The notes beneath the pieces are model-generated. The model saw only the letters and a program-made list of their open reading frames with translations. It was not told the DNA's origin and searched no databases. DNA of 64,000 nucleotides, from assembly GCA_951406725.2 (NCBI GenBank), contig OX597816.1:102300001-102364000 (forward strand). Direction: 5' to 3'. Both the position numbers and the translations under genes were made by a program. Below, piece by piece: positions 1-13,003 of the stretch (the stretch's first letter is position 1; each line of letters opens with the position of its first letter). The DNA is from Octopus vulgaris. Taxonomy: Eukaryota.

Positions 1-640
1 ACTGGAATGAAATGATTGCGGCGTCTGTTGTGGTAAGGATATATAGCGGATTGGTGGAGGCGGTGGTGCTGGTGTAATGGCAGCGGCAGCGGTGACAGTG
101 ATGTTGTTGTTGTTGTTCTTGGAGGTGGGTTGTGATGGTGTGGTGGTTGTGTTGTTGTTAGGAGCGGTGTTGTTGGGAGTGGTGTTGTTGGTGGTGTTGA
201 TGGTGTTGTTAATTATTGTTGTAGAGTGTTGGCGTGGTGGTGTTGTAGTGATGTTGTGCTGATGCCAGTGATGGCGATGGTACTGGTGATGGTGGTGGTG
301 GTGGTGGCGGCGGCGGCGGCAGTGGTGTATGACGCTGTTGTTAGTGCGGTGGTGTTGGTGTCGGTGGGTGTTTCTCGTGTAGTTGACGGTGGCGGTGATA
401 GTGATGATTATCGTTGTCTTGGTGGTAGTTACTATGGTAGTGCTTGTTAGAAGAGGTACTTCTGATGTGACGGTGGTGGTCGTAGTGGTGGTGGAGGTGG
501 AAGTGGTGGCGATGTAGAGACTAGTGGTGATATGGAAGTGAGTGTTGTAGTGTAGTGATGGTGGTATTATTAGTGTGTGTAATGATGGTGGTAGTGGTGT
601 TGGTGGTTGTAATTGTGTGGTAGTACATAGTTGTTGTTAT
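1..640. repeat. Degenerate (GGT/GTT/GTA)n triplet low-complexity tract
   Basis: Runs of ggt/gtt/gtg; ORFs here are poly-V/L artefacts. Confidence 0.85.
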
Positions 641-823
641 TGTTGTTTAGCCCTGATTGAATCCACTTATTATGAAAGGTATTCTAGCCATGACCAACCA
701 ACCTTTTTTTTATTCAGATGTATTGTATCCTAGACTACATTAGCCAATGTGTTCCTTTTCAGATGACATGGTGAATGTGATTTGAGGGCAATATGGCTAT
801 TGATTCTTGCAAATCTTGTAGAG

Positions 824-1145
824 CAGGGGTTCTCAATCAACTTTTATCTATGGAACCTTTAGATTATTATTTTATTCTGGTTGACCCCCATAGCCCTCGA
901 TGTTTAAAAACTAGTTTTATAGAAATTTCTTTTAAAATTCTTATTTTGTTTTCCATATATTAACTTGTTTAGGTTGAACTATGTAAAATGTTAGAGACAT
1001 AACAATACACACACCAAAAACGAAATTTTTTCAGGCACCCTTAAAATGCTATTGTGGATCCCCAATCTACTATTTTGTTGCATGAAACTCCAAAAATCTT
1101 ATATGAACTATCACAGGCCATATGGACCCCTGCTGAGAACAACTG
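824..1145. mobile_element. hAT (Charlie-like) MITE
   Basis: Imperfect TIRs CAGGGGTTCTCAA ... CTGAGAACAACTG flanked by 8-bp TSD ttgtagag/ttctagag (NTCTAGAN type). Confidence 0.75.
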
Positions 1146-1187
1146 TTCTAGAGGATGTTTCGTCAGCTCGGTGTTGCTATAGTTTCT

Positions 1188-1418
1188 TATTTCTTTATTT
1201 TCCACAAGGGACTACACCAGATGGGACAAACAAGGACAGACAAACGGATTAAGTCGATTACATCGAACCCAGTGCGTAAGTGGTACTTAATTTATCGACC
1301 CTGAAAGGATGAAAGGCAAAGTCGACCTCGGCGGAATTTGAACTCACAACGTAACGGCAGACGAAATGCGCTAAGCATTTCACCCGGCGTGCTAACGCTT
1401 CTGCCATCTCGCCGCCTT
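1188..1418 (-). mobile_element. SINE family A (tRNA-like head, Meta-domain-like core)
   Basis: Minus strand GGCGGCGAGATGGCAGAAGCGTTAGC...GTTCAAATTCC...GTCGACTTTGCCTTTCATCCTTTC; flanked by near-duplicate gtgttgctatRgttt (TSD); many copies in window. Confidence 0.85.
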
Positions 1419-1764
1419 TGAAAAAGTGTTGCTATGGTTTATTTCCAGACAAGGCCAGACCAAGCAGACGCATGGTGAAAGGCATTCCAGCCAGTCATGG
1501 TCATCAACATGCAGCAGCTTAATTGATGGTTGGTGATATGGTACATTTTGTATTCATTCCTTAGGTATTAATTTATTGTTAATTTAATTCCCTATTAATA
1601 TTCAGTCCTTTGTTGCATTCGGATCTTTGTTATATATTTAGTTTGGTATCAATTTATGGAAAACAGTTGATCGAAATACAGTTGATCGAAAGAACAATTA
1701 ACCGAAGTAATGTTCGCTCGGATCACTAGCTGATCAAATGATAACAAACTGTAAATATTTTGCT

Positions 1765-2739
1765 ATAATGGTATCTAGACGATTCCGGAACCTGGCGTAT
1801 GCATCCCTCACAGTGTCCCTGGGAAGATCTTCAAACACCTTTTTGATTTTGGCCACCAGCTCGGCCTTGGTGTTGCAGGCAAAGCGGTTGATGTCTTTTT
1901 CAACTGCGCTCCGCCATAGTAATCCATCAGATTACAACCGGAAGAATTAGAAAGCCAGAAATTGGGGCTGGTGAAGTCGTAGAATTTCCCCGACAACCAC
2001 TGTTCAAAGATGTTGGGTAGCATGACGTCACCCTCACTAGAGACGCAACCAAAGACTATCATAATTTGAGGGAAGCTGGTTTTCATGATATGTGGGACAT
2101 TACAAGAATTGAAGACAAGCCAGCTGTTATTTTGGATATTGTGCAACTTATCTTGGCAGAAATTCTTTTCATCTGAGAACTAGATCATCCCCGGCTCAAC
2201 AGGGTGTCTCAGCTGGTTCAGGAGCTTCTTTGCCTTTGTCAAGCGGTTCTATTTGGCCCTGGCTTTCAGAATTTGTCCCTTGCGCCTCTTGGAAGAGTTT
2301 TAGCGAAGGTCCTCATTTAGGACCAGTTCCATAGTGGTGACTCCAACACCCATCTGTCTCTCCAAAGCCCGGATTCCCTTGCTCAGATCTGTCCTCGCCC
2401 TGTCCTGCAGTTGTTGGGTGAATTCTGGCTTGCAAACGCAGTCAGAACGTCTGCTGTGTTCCTTTCTGAAGGCCACGGCTTCGTAGTATCCATTACAACT
2501 CTCCATGTCACGTCTTGCAGCCGTTAAAGTGTTCGCAGGGCATCGATCAGCAGTCATGATATCGGTATTTTGATACCCGGTGTGATTCATCATGATACAG
2601 GTAAATCTTTTCCAATATTCAGCTTACTTTTTCTCAACAACAACTTTAATCTTTATGCTCTCCAACGCGGTTGACCGTCTACCAATATATCAAACTTTCT
2701 TAAACGACAAAAAGCATCAAATTTAGCCCAAACACCCTG
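1765..2739 (-). mobile_element. Decayed Tc1/mariner-superfamily (maT/DD37D-like) transposon
   Basis: Minus-strand peptides IMIVFGCVSSEGDVMLP and FTSPNFW.SNS..CN.MDYY with frameshifts and a deletion; TIR CAGGGTGTTTGGGCTAAATTT next to TA at ~2740. Confidence 0.8.
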
Positions 2740-3801
2740 TATACGTACAGGATGTTCGGGTTAAATTTAATGATTTTGATGTATACACGCGCATATGTGT
2801 GTCATGTTTATAGTTGCATTCTGTAAACCAGTGTAGTTTGTGGTAATGCCTTTATGCCTTTTGTGTTAATGTCTTTATGCCTTTTGGGTTCAGATTTGTG
2901 GTAACTAAACTGATATTCAAATTGGTGCTAATGCTTTTGCTCTACGAAGAAGTTAGCAGTTTAATAAAATTACAAAAATGCGTAATAATCTCGTGTCATT
3001 CGCAATTTGCATTTATGAAAAAAGAAATAATTTGAATGTTATAATCTGAATAATTGTTGATTGGAGCAACTTCTACTTTGATTAATTGTAGTTTTTGTTT
3101 TTCATTTCAATTCATGTTTTCGATATATTGCATTTCGATCAATTGTCTGCATACCGTGATATTTAATCGTCCGTTACTTTTATTTCCTTTTTAAATTAAG
3201 GTTTACAAGGTTTTCGTTTATTCTGACGCTAGTCTCCACAATTCTTAAGTCCACCTGGTACTATTTTCTTGTCAAATAGCTAGTTGACAGTGAAGTCAGA
3301 ATACTTGCATGTGTTAGATACAGTATGGCGAAATGTTTCCAGACGATCACCAGTTGTGAGGTGTCGCCATACCACGACAAATAACACATCATATTACTTA
3401 TAACTGCTACTTATAACTGCCATCCACCGTGAGCCGACGAAGGAACATCACTGCAGTTACCTCTTATGATAGAAACAGCAGCTAAATCTCTCCAACACCA
3501 ATCTTTAACGATATCGCACGGACAATGTAATCATGGGTATGCAAAAAGACGGAGTGGTAATAGTTGGAATGCTTTTAATGATGTCAACTCGATCAGAACT
3601 GACATAGGTTTAACAACAGCAACGACGACGACGACAACGTGGTATCTTGGACAAATTTCTTCTTCTATAACCTTGGATTGACTCAGAGGCTCTGCAAAGT
3701 GTCATAGGCACTGACTTTCTTCTTGAATAATGTGTGCATATATGTGTATGTATGTATATAGACATACGCATATGCACACACACTTAAGGAAGTAAGATAC
3801 C

Positions 3802-4032
3802 TATTTCTTTACTACCCACAAGGGGCTAAACACAGAGGGGACAAACAAGGACAGACAAACGAATTAAGTCGATTGTATCGACCCCAGTGTGTAACTGGTA
3901 CTTATTTAATCGACCCCGAAAGGATGAAAGGCAAAGTTGACCTCGGCGGAATTTGAGCTCAGAACGTAGCGGCAGACGAAATACCGCAAAGCATTTCGCC
4001 CGGCGTGCTAACGATTCTGCTAGCTCGCTGCC
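3802..4032 (-). mobile_element. SINE family A
   Basis: Same head and core; flanked by duplicated ttaaggaagtaagWtacct. Confidence 0.9.
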
Positions 4033-4479
4033 TTAAGGAAGTAAGTTACCTTAAAGAAGTAAGTTACCGTATACTTGCCCCATCACGCAATGGCTAAAGA
4101 GGAACAATACGTGAAAACAAAAGACAGTTAAACCACGTGCTCAAAGAGCTACCCCGTTAACTGTCTGGACCTTATTTTTTCATAGATCTAATGATACTTA
4201 AAACAGAAAGATTCTTGAGTGTACGGATCGAGGATCAGACTCAACATAATGAGTCGATAACAATAAGCCAAAGCAACACCGCTCCCAACAACAACACAAA
4301 CACCACACCAACACAACCCACCTCCAAGAACAACAACAACAGCACGCCAACACCAACAACAACATCGCTGTCACTGCCGCCGCCGCCGCTGCCTCTGCCA
4401 TTACACCAATACCACCGCCTCCACCAATCCGCTATATAACCTTACCACAACAGACGCCGCAATCATTTCATTCCAGTCG

Positions 4480-4655
4480 GTTGAGAATCGCCGACATAAA
4501 GACGGTTTGCAGTGAAACTTCCAATGAAAAGTCTTTTCTGTCCTGTCAAATCTGGTTTTAGAGTTTTAAGAAGCGCTTGAATTAGCTCAACAAAAAATAA
4601 CAAGCGAACCTACCAGTGCTGATACAGAGGCTGGTACTAATAATCCTGAGCAGGT

Positions 4656-4740
<85 letters not shown>

Positions 4741-6197
4741 AGTGGGGGTGGAGAGGGAGCGAGAGAGAGAAAGAGAGAGAGAGAGAAAGAGGGAGAGAGA
4801 AAGAGAGAAAAGAGATTAAAAAACGATTATTAAAAAGAAGTTACACACCAGAAAAATTATACAATGTTGCCGAAACGCTCGTTCTAGAAGCCTGCTCGAA
4901 ATTATGCCACCAGAAGAAAAATCATCACCAGGGTTTAATGCTTCAAAATGCTGTCCGACAAGTCTTCTGGGAGGATATGTCACTGATGATATGAAATTAA
5001 AGCCCTTGATCTTGTATCACTCCGAAAATCCAACGGATTTCATGGGTTACGCAAAGTTTAATACATCTCTGATTTGGTGTTCAAATAAGAAAGCACGGAT
5101 AAGAGCCTTTTCGAAGAGTGCTTCACAAACATTTTTTTTTTTGCTTGCTGTAGAAAGGTACAGCGCCAGAGAATATTTCCAACAAAGTGCTGCTCCTTTT
5201 AGTCAGGGCACCCAGTGAATTTAAATAAGCTTTCTGATAATTTGAGAGGAGGATATATCGCCAAGAATACTTCTTTGCTCTTGCCAATGGATCAAGATGT
5301 GACATCTAACTACAAAGCAAATAATCAAAGAACTTTCAAGAAGTGAAACCCTTGACTTTGAATAGTGCTTGGAAAAAAAATATATAGCCGTCCTGCATCC
5401 ATGACTTTACAAGTTTTCAACATGAAGGAAGTCTACATAAAATTCAGAAAGGTATTTGTGACACTTGCAAAAGATGTAGGGTTTGAAAAAATCAGAGAAA
5501 ATGTGCGTGAGTAAATAGTGTCCCATAGAGAAAGTTTATCTAACGAGGAGTTGACGCTGTTAGAGCAAGTGTAAACTAAGAATATGGATGAGAATACTGA
5601 AATTCCACCAAACCCACTTAAATTGCTAAGGGGTTGACACTTATAAAGGGAAGGTTTGCAAGTCAATGTTGACAATCACAGTTGTGAACAGAGCATAATG
5701 ATTACAGGAGTTTACAATAAGCTCAGTTTCTATACTGAGCTGCACCATAAACATCAAACAATTTTGGATAAGTTTTTCGTCCTTCAAGCAGATGTTGATG
5801 GTGGTGAAGTATAAGACAGAAGATAGTGTCCCACGTCTTCTTTGAAACACTCATTTCACCACTACCCTTCACATAGTATTCTACATCATTTGTTACAAGA
5901 ACATATCTTGTTACGATATTACGACTCTTATTTATTTCCTAACATATTTCTCTTCAAGTGATTTTATGTGTACATATTGTACAGTGGCGGTTTAGAAATT
6001 GCTATTTTCTTGCATGAAAGTGGTCATGATGCTCTCTGCATCACCACGCCTTACTGAAAAAGTACGTCGGAATGCACTCCCACTCACTAAGTAATATATG
6101 AAAATCAACCGAAAAGTTAAGTTCGCGTTTCAGGATTTTGTGTCACGACTTCCTGATTTTCAGGAACACATTATACCTGTGATACGGGGGATGTCTG
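4480..6197 (+). mobile_element. Decayed pogo/Tigger-like transposon (transposase pseudogene)
   Basis: Motifs WF*SFKKR, SEPTSADTEA, YTPEKLYNVAET, EEKSSPGFNASK...KLKPLILYHSENP...SNKKA match Tigger-type DDE transposases; (GA)n inserted 4660-4815; probable 3' TIR GATACGGGGGATGTCTG followed by TA at 6198. Confidence 0.85.
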
Positions 6198-6340
6198 TAA
6201 TTGTGTCTTCTGAGTGCTGCTACAGCTGATGCTGTTGTTGTTGTTGTTGTTGTTGTTAAGCCTATGTCAGCTGTGATCGAGCTGACATGACTAAAAGGAA
6301 CCCAACTGTGATCATTCCATCTTTTTGCATACTCATGATC

Positions 6341-6560
6341 CTATTCTTTTCTACTCAAGGCACAAGGCCCGAAATTTTGGGGGAGAGGACCAGTCGATTA
6401 GATCGACCCCCAGTACGCAATTGGTACTTAATTTATCGACCTCGAAAGGATGAAAGGCAAAGTCGACCTCGGCGGAATTTAAACTCAGAACATAAAGACA
6501 GACGAAATATCGCTAAGCTTTCCGTCCGGCGTGCTAACGTTTCTGCCAGCTCGCCGCCTT
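6341..6560 (-). mobile_element. SINE family A (alternative 3' tail)
   Basis: Family A head and core; 12-bp TSD atactcatgatc at 6329-6340 and 6561-6572. Confidence 0.9.
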
Positions 6561-7179
6561 ATACTCATGATCATATTATTCATGTGGTGTCGGTACAACG
6601 TGATGTGAGAGAGATTTAGCTGCTATTTCTAACAGAAGGGGTAACCGCCATGATGTCGCTTTGTCAGCTCATGGTGGACGTAGTATTTATTGTATGGCAT
6701 GTAGTATTGTGTATAACACGTAGCATTGTATGGCATGTAGCAATTATAAATAATATATGTTATTCATCGTGGTATAGCGACTCGATACAATTTCGTACGG
6801 CGTGGGATGGGGTAAATTACTAAGTAAGTAAGTAAGTAAATAAGTGAGTAACTGACTAAGTTTGTAAGTTAGTAAATAAATGTATAAGTAGCTAAATGAT
6901 AGTGTGTGGTATATTGTGTTGTGTAGTAATTAGCATAGAGTAGTGTACTGGTGAAGTATGGGTTCAGTAGGGTATGGAGTGTGGTGTGATGTAGTGGTTG
7001 TGGTAGTGTAATAACGATACAGAAAGGTCAGTCATGCTTGATATACTCTCTCCTCAACAATAAGACATTCACTTTTATACTTGAGTTGACTCAATGGTTG
7101 AACGACATCGAATCAACTTCATTACACACTTGTGTCACTCTTTCTTTCATATTCAGAATCTCTCTCTCTCTCTCTCTCT

Positions 7180-7435
7180 CTCTGGCTCTCTTTTTCTCTC
7201 TCTTTCACTCTGGCTCTCCCTTTCTCTCTCTCACACTGGATCTCCCTTTCTCTCTCTCACTCTGGTTCTCCCTTTCTCTCTCTCACTCTGGCTCTCCCTT
7301 TCTCTCTCTCACTCTGGCTCTCCCTTTCTCTCTCTCACTCTGGCTCTCCCTTTCTCTCTCTCACTCTGGCTCTCCCTTTCTCTCTCTCACTCTGGCTCTC
7401 CCTTTATCTCTCTCACTCTGGCTCTCCCTTTCTCT
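7180..7435. repeat. 26-bp minisatellite, ~10 units, followed by (TCTA)n to ~7535
   Basis: Unit CTCTGGCTCTCCCTTTCTCTCTCTCA recurs at 26-bp spacing (7211, 7237, 7263, 7289...). Confidence 0.95.
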
Positions 7436-7449
7436 TTCTCTTCCTTTCC

Positions 7450-7535
<86 letters not shown>

Positions 7536-8349
7536 GTCTTTCTATCACAACATTTATCTATTAACTTCCAATCTTCACTAAACACTCTTCATTCTTTCTT
7601 TGTTTCTTGTCCTGATTCTCCTCTCCGTTCAGTCTGACACTCTGCCTGCTTTCCAGTTCGTCTGCCTTTCTCTCTATAGCCGAGACTGTGAAATAAAATA
7701 TCCACCAGACTCCAAGGACTCCGGTGAATGTTCAACGTTAGCAATAATAGGTAGCCAATAGGAGAGGTCATTAAGTTGAATTACCCTGAGAAGTCAGAAG
7801 TTAACGTTTAAGACCAATTGTCATTCGTTTGAGTGAAAGAAAGGATGAACGAATGGAGGAAGAGAGAGGGAAGGGAGGGAATGAAGGAAGAGAGAGAGAG
7901 AGAGTTACATTGTTACTTCCCTGGTGTTTAAGGAAGTAAAAAGACCTCGCTCTTTCTCTCTCTCTCTCTCTCTCTTCCTGTCTCTCTTCCTCATATTTAA
8001 ACGAAACGATACAGCTGCCATTCCTCACGGTAAATGAACTTATAGAATTGACCTAGAATGTCCAATATTTCCATTGAAAGCGATTAATCAATATTTACCT
8101 CCTTCATCACCACCCTTCTTACCTACTGGTCCACAAGAGAGTTAAATGACCCTTCCACCATTGTTCGCAAATACTCCCACTCTGGCGAACTCAGTGCACA
8201 CACACACATGTATGTATGCATGTATGTATGTATGTATGTATGTATGTATGTATGTATGTATGTATGTATGTATGTATGTATGTATGTACGTATGTATGTA
8301 TGTAAATGTGCATATTTATATATATGTATGTAGAGTGTGTGTGCGTATA

Positions 8350-8838
<489 letters not shown>

Positions 8839-8942
8839 TAAATAATAATTCCGTGACTCCTCGTGGCGAAATCGAACTCGGAATTACAACAATCCTCCAA
8901 CTCTACGACTGTCGCCAAAGTAGCTCGCTATATATATAAATA

Positions 8943-9158
8943 TTCTTTTATTCTTTTATTTGTTTCAGTCATTTGACTGCGGCCATGGTGGAGCACCGCC
9001 TTTAGTCGAACAAACCAACCCCAGGACTTATTCTTTGTAAGCCTAGTACTTATTCTATCGGTTTCTTTTGCCGAACCGCTAAGTTACGGGATCGTAAACA
9101 CGCCAAAATCGGTAGTCAAGCGATGATGAAGGAGCAAACACAGACACACACACACACA

Positions 9159-9207
<49 letters not shown>

Positions 9208-9360
9208 CAGGCTTCTTTTAGTTTCCGTCTACCAAATCTACTCACAAGAATTTGGTCGGCTCGAGGTTATAGTAGAAGACACTTGCGCAAGGTGCTACGC
9301 AGTGGACTGAACCCGGAACCATGTGGCTGGTAAGCAGGCTACTTACCACACATCCACTCC
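8943..9360 (-). mobile_element. SINE family B
   Basis: Colinear with the 8350-8838 copy. Confidence 0.9.
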
Positions 9361-9379
9361 ATTATTATTATTATTATTA

Positions 9380-9440
<61 letters not shown>

Positions 9441-9453
9441 TACCTATAATATA

Positions 9454-9670
9454 AGGCAGCAAGCTGGCAAAGTCGTTAGTGCGCCGGACAAGATACTTGC
9501 CGATATTTCTTCTGGCTCTTTACGTTCTGGGTTCAAATATCGCCTATGACAACTTTGCTATCATCCGTTTCGGATCCGATAAAATAAGTACCAGTTGAAC
9601 TCTGGGGTCGATGTAATTGATGAGCCACCTCCCCACAAATTTCAGATTTTGTGCCTATAGAAGAAAGGAT
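9454..9670 (+). mobile_element. SINE family A (diverged)
   Basis: GGCAGCAAGCTGGCAAAGTCGTTAG head, GATAAAATAAGTACCAGTT core. Confidence 0.8.
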
Positions 9671-10251
9671 TATTAAGAATGTAATATTACAATCTCATTC
9701 CTTAATAGTTTCATGCCAAAGATGGAGATTCAAATTCTGCAATCTTCTGAAATGACTGAATGGAATAGTATGGCATGTGATCTGGAGGCCTGAAAGTTCC
9801 ACATCCAGTTTTGGGGTTTTAGGGCTATTGTGAAAGAACGAAATCAAAATTCATGGAAGAAACCACTCATATCAAACCCATGAAAAAGTATATACTTATT
9901 AAATCGAAGGTGCCTCCTTTGGATAGGGATAAAGAATTTCACCCCAGTATGCAAGATATTTGCTTAGAGGGTGGAGTAAATCTATACACCTATAACATTT
10001 ATATAATGTATATGTATGTGGACATATATATATATATAGTAGTTATGTTGCTATTTTCATTGAAATCGGAGATATTTGAAATTTCACAGGGGGTGTTTTC
10101 CCCCCCTTTAGGCCCCCTAATCGCAATGCAATGTAAATTTTATGTAGCTCATCCTTCTTATAAAATTTTGCATAAGGACACATAGTTTGTTTTTATGTAT
10201 CTTCTATTCCCTTTCGTCCTATAGATGTACAAACACACAGACGTTGAACCT

Positions 10252-10295
<44 letters not shown>

Positions 10296-10319
10296 ACGCA
10301 TTTATATATTAAGAGAACT

Positions 10320-10640
10320 CATTCGAAATGAAATAATTCGAGAAGGGAAGGTGGGGAACGATGTAATCTCAGAGTACCGAAAGCACAAGTTCCGCTGGGC
10401 CGATCATGTTGCAAGGTTCACAGACAAATAGGTGGACCCGTGAAGTTACCGAGTTGTACTCAAGAGATTGGAAAAGGCCACTTGGAAGGTCTCCACGACG
10501 ATGGAAAGACGGTTTGGTCAAGCAATTTGGGTCAAGATGGAAAAGAATGGCGCAATCATGACAAAATTGGAAGCGGATTATGACCAGCGGTGTATAACAG
10601 CACCTGGTGGCCTGGTCGATACTGTGTGATACTGTGTGAT
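10320..10640 (+). mobile_element. 3' fragment of an RTE-clade LINE
   Basis: Frameshifted peptide KFRWADHVARFTD/RWTREVTELYSRDWKRPLGRSPRRWKD, typical of RTE ORF ends; short (GATACTGTGT)n tail. Confidence 0.8.
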
Positions 10641-10660
10641 ATATCTTTATGCATGCATGC

Positions 10661-10693
<33 letters not shown>

Positions 10694-11284
10694 TGTATGT
10701 ATGTATGTATGTGTATGAAAACAAGTATAATTGAATGGGAGTTTTGAAAGGGAGTTGTTTTTTTCCGGTACCCTGAATGCTGATTTGATGCAAGTCTACA
10801 ATCACAAATGAAGGCAGAAATTCTTTTATGGTTGATTCGATGTCTACTGGAGCACACTACCACCACAACAGTTTGAAACTAATCACAATGAGACACGCAG
10901 GCACATACGACGCAAGCAGACGCAGACACACATACACATACACACACACACACATACATCACTTCCCATACAAAACCTATACGCATTTATATACACATTC
11001 ACTCATTTGCCCCTCAAAACACAAAGGTGTTTGAAGGGAACGAAAGGGCACAGATATATATATGTTAAAAAGAGATCTTTTGTTCTGGTAGCTATTTTCA
11101 TAATTTACAATGAACAAAACCGTTTCCGGCGGAAGTGGAGACAGATTTTATATCCATACACTTTAACTCTGTCTACAGTAAATCTCGTTTCTAATCATTT
11201 CTATTACAAATGGTCGTTGCCTGAAAATATACATGTTTATGAATATAACGTACCGTAGCAGCTTTTGCCAAGCATGTTGTATTA

Positions 11285-11452
11285 TTGAAACTGGTTTCAA
11301 ATTTTGGCACAAGGCCAGCAATTTTGGAGGAAGGATAAGCCTATTACATCGACCCCCCAGTACTTAACTGGTCCATATTTTAACGACGCAAAAGGGGGAA
11401 AAGCAAAGTCGAACTTAGCGGAATTTGAACTCAGAACGTAAGACGGACGAAA
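11285..11452 (-). mobile_element. SINE family A, 5'-truncated
   Basis: Core GGAATTTGAACTCAGAACGT and tail GGCACAAGGCC. Confidence 0.75.
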
Positions 11453-11724
11453 TCTGGTCATGGGTAGAACATCATTGATCCTTGCTCTGCTCGATTAGGT
11501 CTACAACAACCACTATAGCAATGACAGTAACTTTCCGTTTTTGTCGAGTGAGTGGTGTAATCAGAATTGTAGAAAAGTTGTTTTAATAAGCAAGATAAGC
11601 TGTGATTGAATACAATCTGGCAACGTCTTCTTTCTTAACAGGACTGGCATAAAATACAGATAATGATATGTTATGGAAAGGCAGAGCTGATCGTTACTCT
11701 GAGCGAGGAGTGGGTGGCAATCGA

Positions 11725-11794
<70 letters not shown>

Positions 11795-12788
11795 TGTAGT
11801 AGTAGTAGTCGTATAGTCCCTTATCATTACATGGTAACGCAAATGATGTCGTTATCTTAGTGAATGGGAATCATGTGAAGTGAGTAAAATGTCAACTAAA
11901 CAATCAATTAACTAATCAATGAAATAAGTAAATGGATCAATAGTATTATGATTCATTAAACAGACGACAGTGAAAAATAATAATAAAGCGAAAAACAAAA
12001 CCAGAACAAACAGACATATATCTGACAAATTGATCGGAAATTAAAAAAAAACAACAAAATGAATATGTATGATATGAAAGGAATAAAACAAAAAGAAAAA
12101 GGAAAACGAAAATGTATATGGATTGAAAGAAAACTTTTGTAAATTAAGTATTTTATTGTCGTTTAGTAAAAATATTTTGTCCATAATTAATTGCTACTTA
12201 AATGGATGGCAAGCTACACCAAATTTGCAGATAACCTTATATATAGAAATAAACATGGTGGATTAATTTTTGTATTTATTTTTGTTGTTATTGATGTACT
12301 TATTTATTACCATGTGAAATTACATCGAACAGTTCTGTAGATAACGGAGCAAGATGACAGAAGAAGCTAATTGGTTTGCTAATGGGAAACTATGATTTGA
12401 TAAATAGATAAATGACGAGATAGATATATAAAGCAATAAACGATCATGTAACCAAACATCTCCGTATTTAAAAAGCTGTGAAACTTGATTACAGTTGTTA
12501 TTTAAATGAATCGTTTTGACAAAATGCGTTAGACTATTTTCTTTCTTTTTTTTATGGATAATAATTTGTATGAGAAGCAATGGTTGGCAGCATGGTCGTA
12601 TGGACGGTTCGCATTCTACTGACAATGTCCCGTGTACATGGCCCAACGGACACAGGACATTGAAACGATACAGATAAACCCAGCTGTAATTTAGTGCCAT
12701 GAAGTAGTATACTTTTGAAATTGTAAGCAGTCGGAGGGGGATGGTTACACTAGAGTTGATGAAAGTCGATAATATTGAAGTAACTCTA

Positions 12789-13003
12789 AGGCGGTAAACT
12801 GGCAAAATAGTTAGCGCGCCGGACAAAATGCTTAGCGGCATTTCTTCTAGCTTTATGTTCTGAGTTCAAATTCCGCCGAGGTCGACATTGTCTTTTATAT
12901 TTTCGGATTCGATGAAATAAGTACCAGTTTGAGCACTGAGGTCGATGTAATCGCTTTGCCTCATCCCTTTCTAAGCTTTCAGGCCTTGTGCTTATTGTAG
13001 AAT
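12789..13003 (+). mobile_element. SINE family A
   Basis: GGCGGTAAACTGGCAAAATAGTTAGC...GAGTTCAAATTCCGCCGAGGTCGAC. Confidence 0.85.

Noticed and set aside
7038-7637. 199-aa repetitive ORF; possible CRISPR-like array
   Set aside because: Head-to-tail 26-bp minisatellite with no spacers, open in three frames; eukaryotic context and no cas genes.
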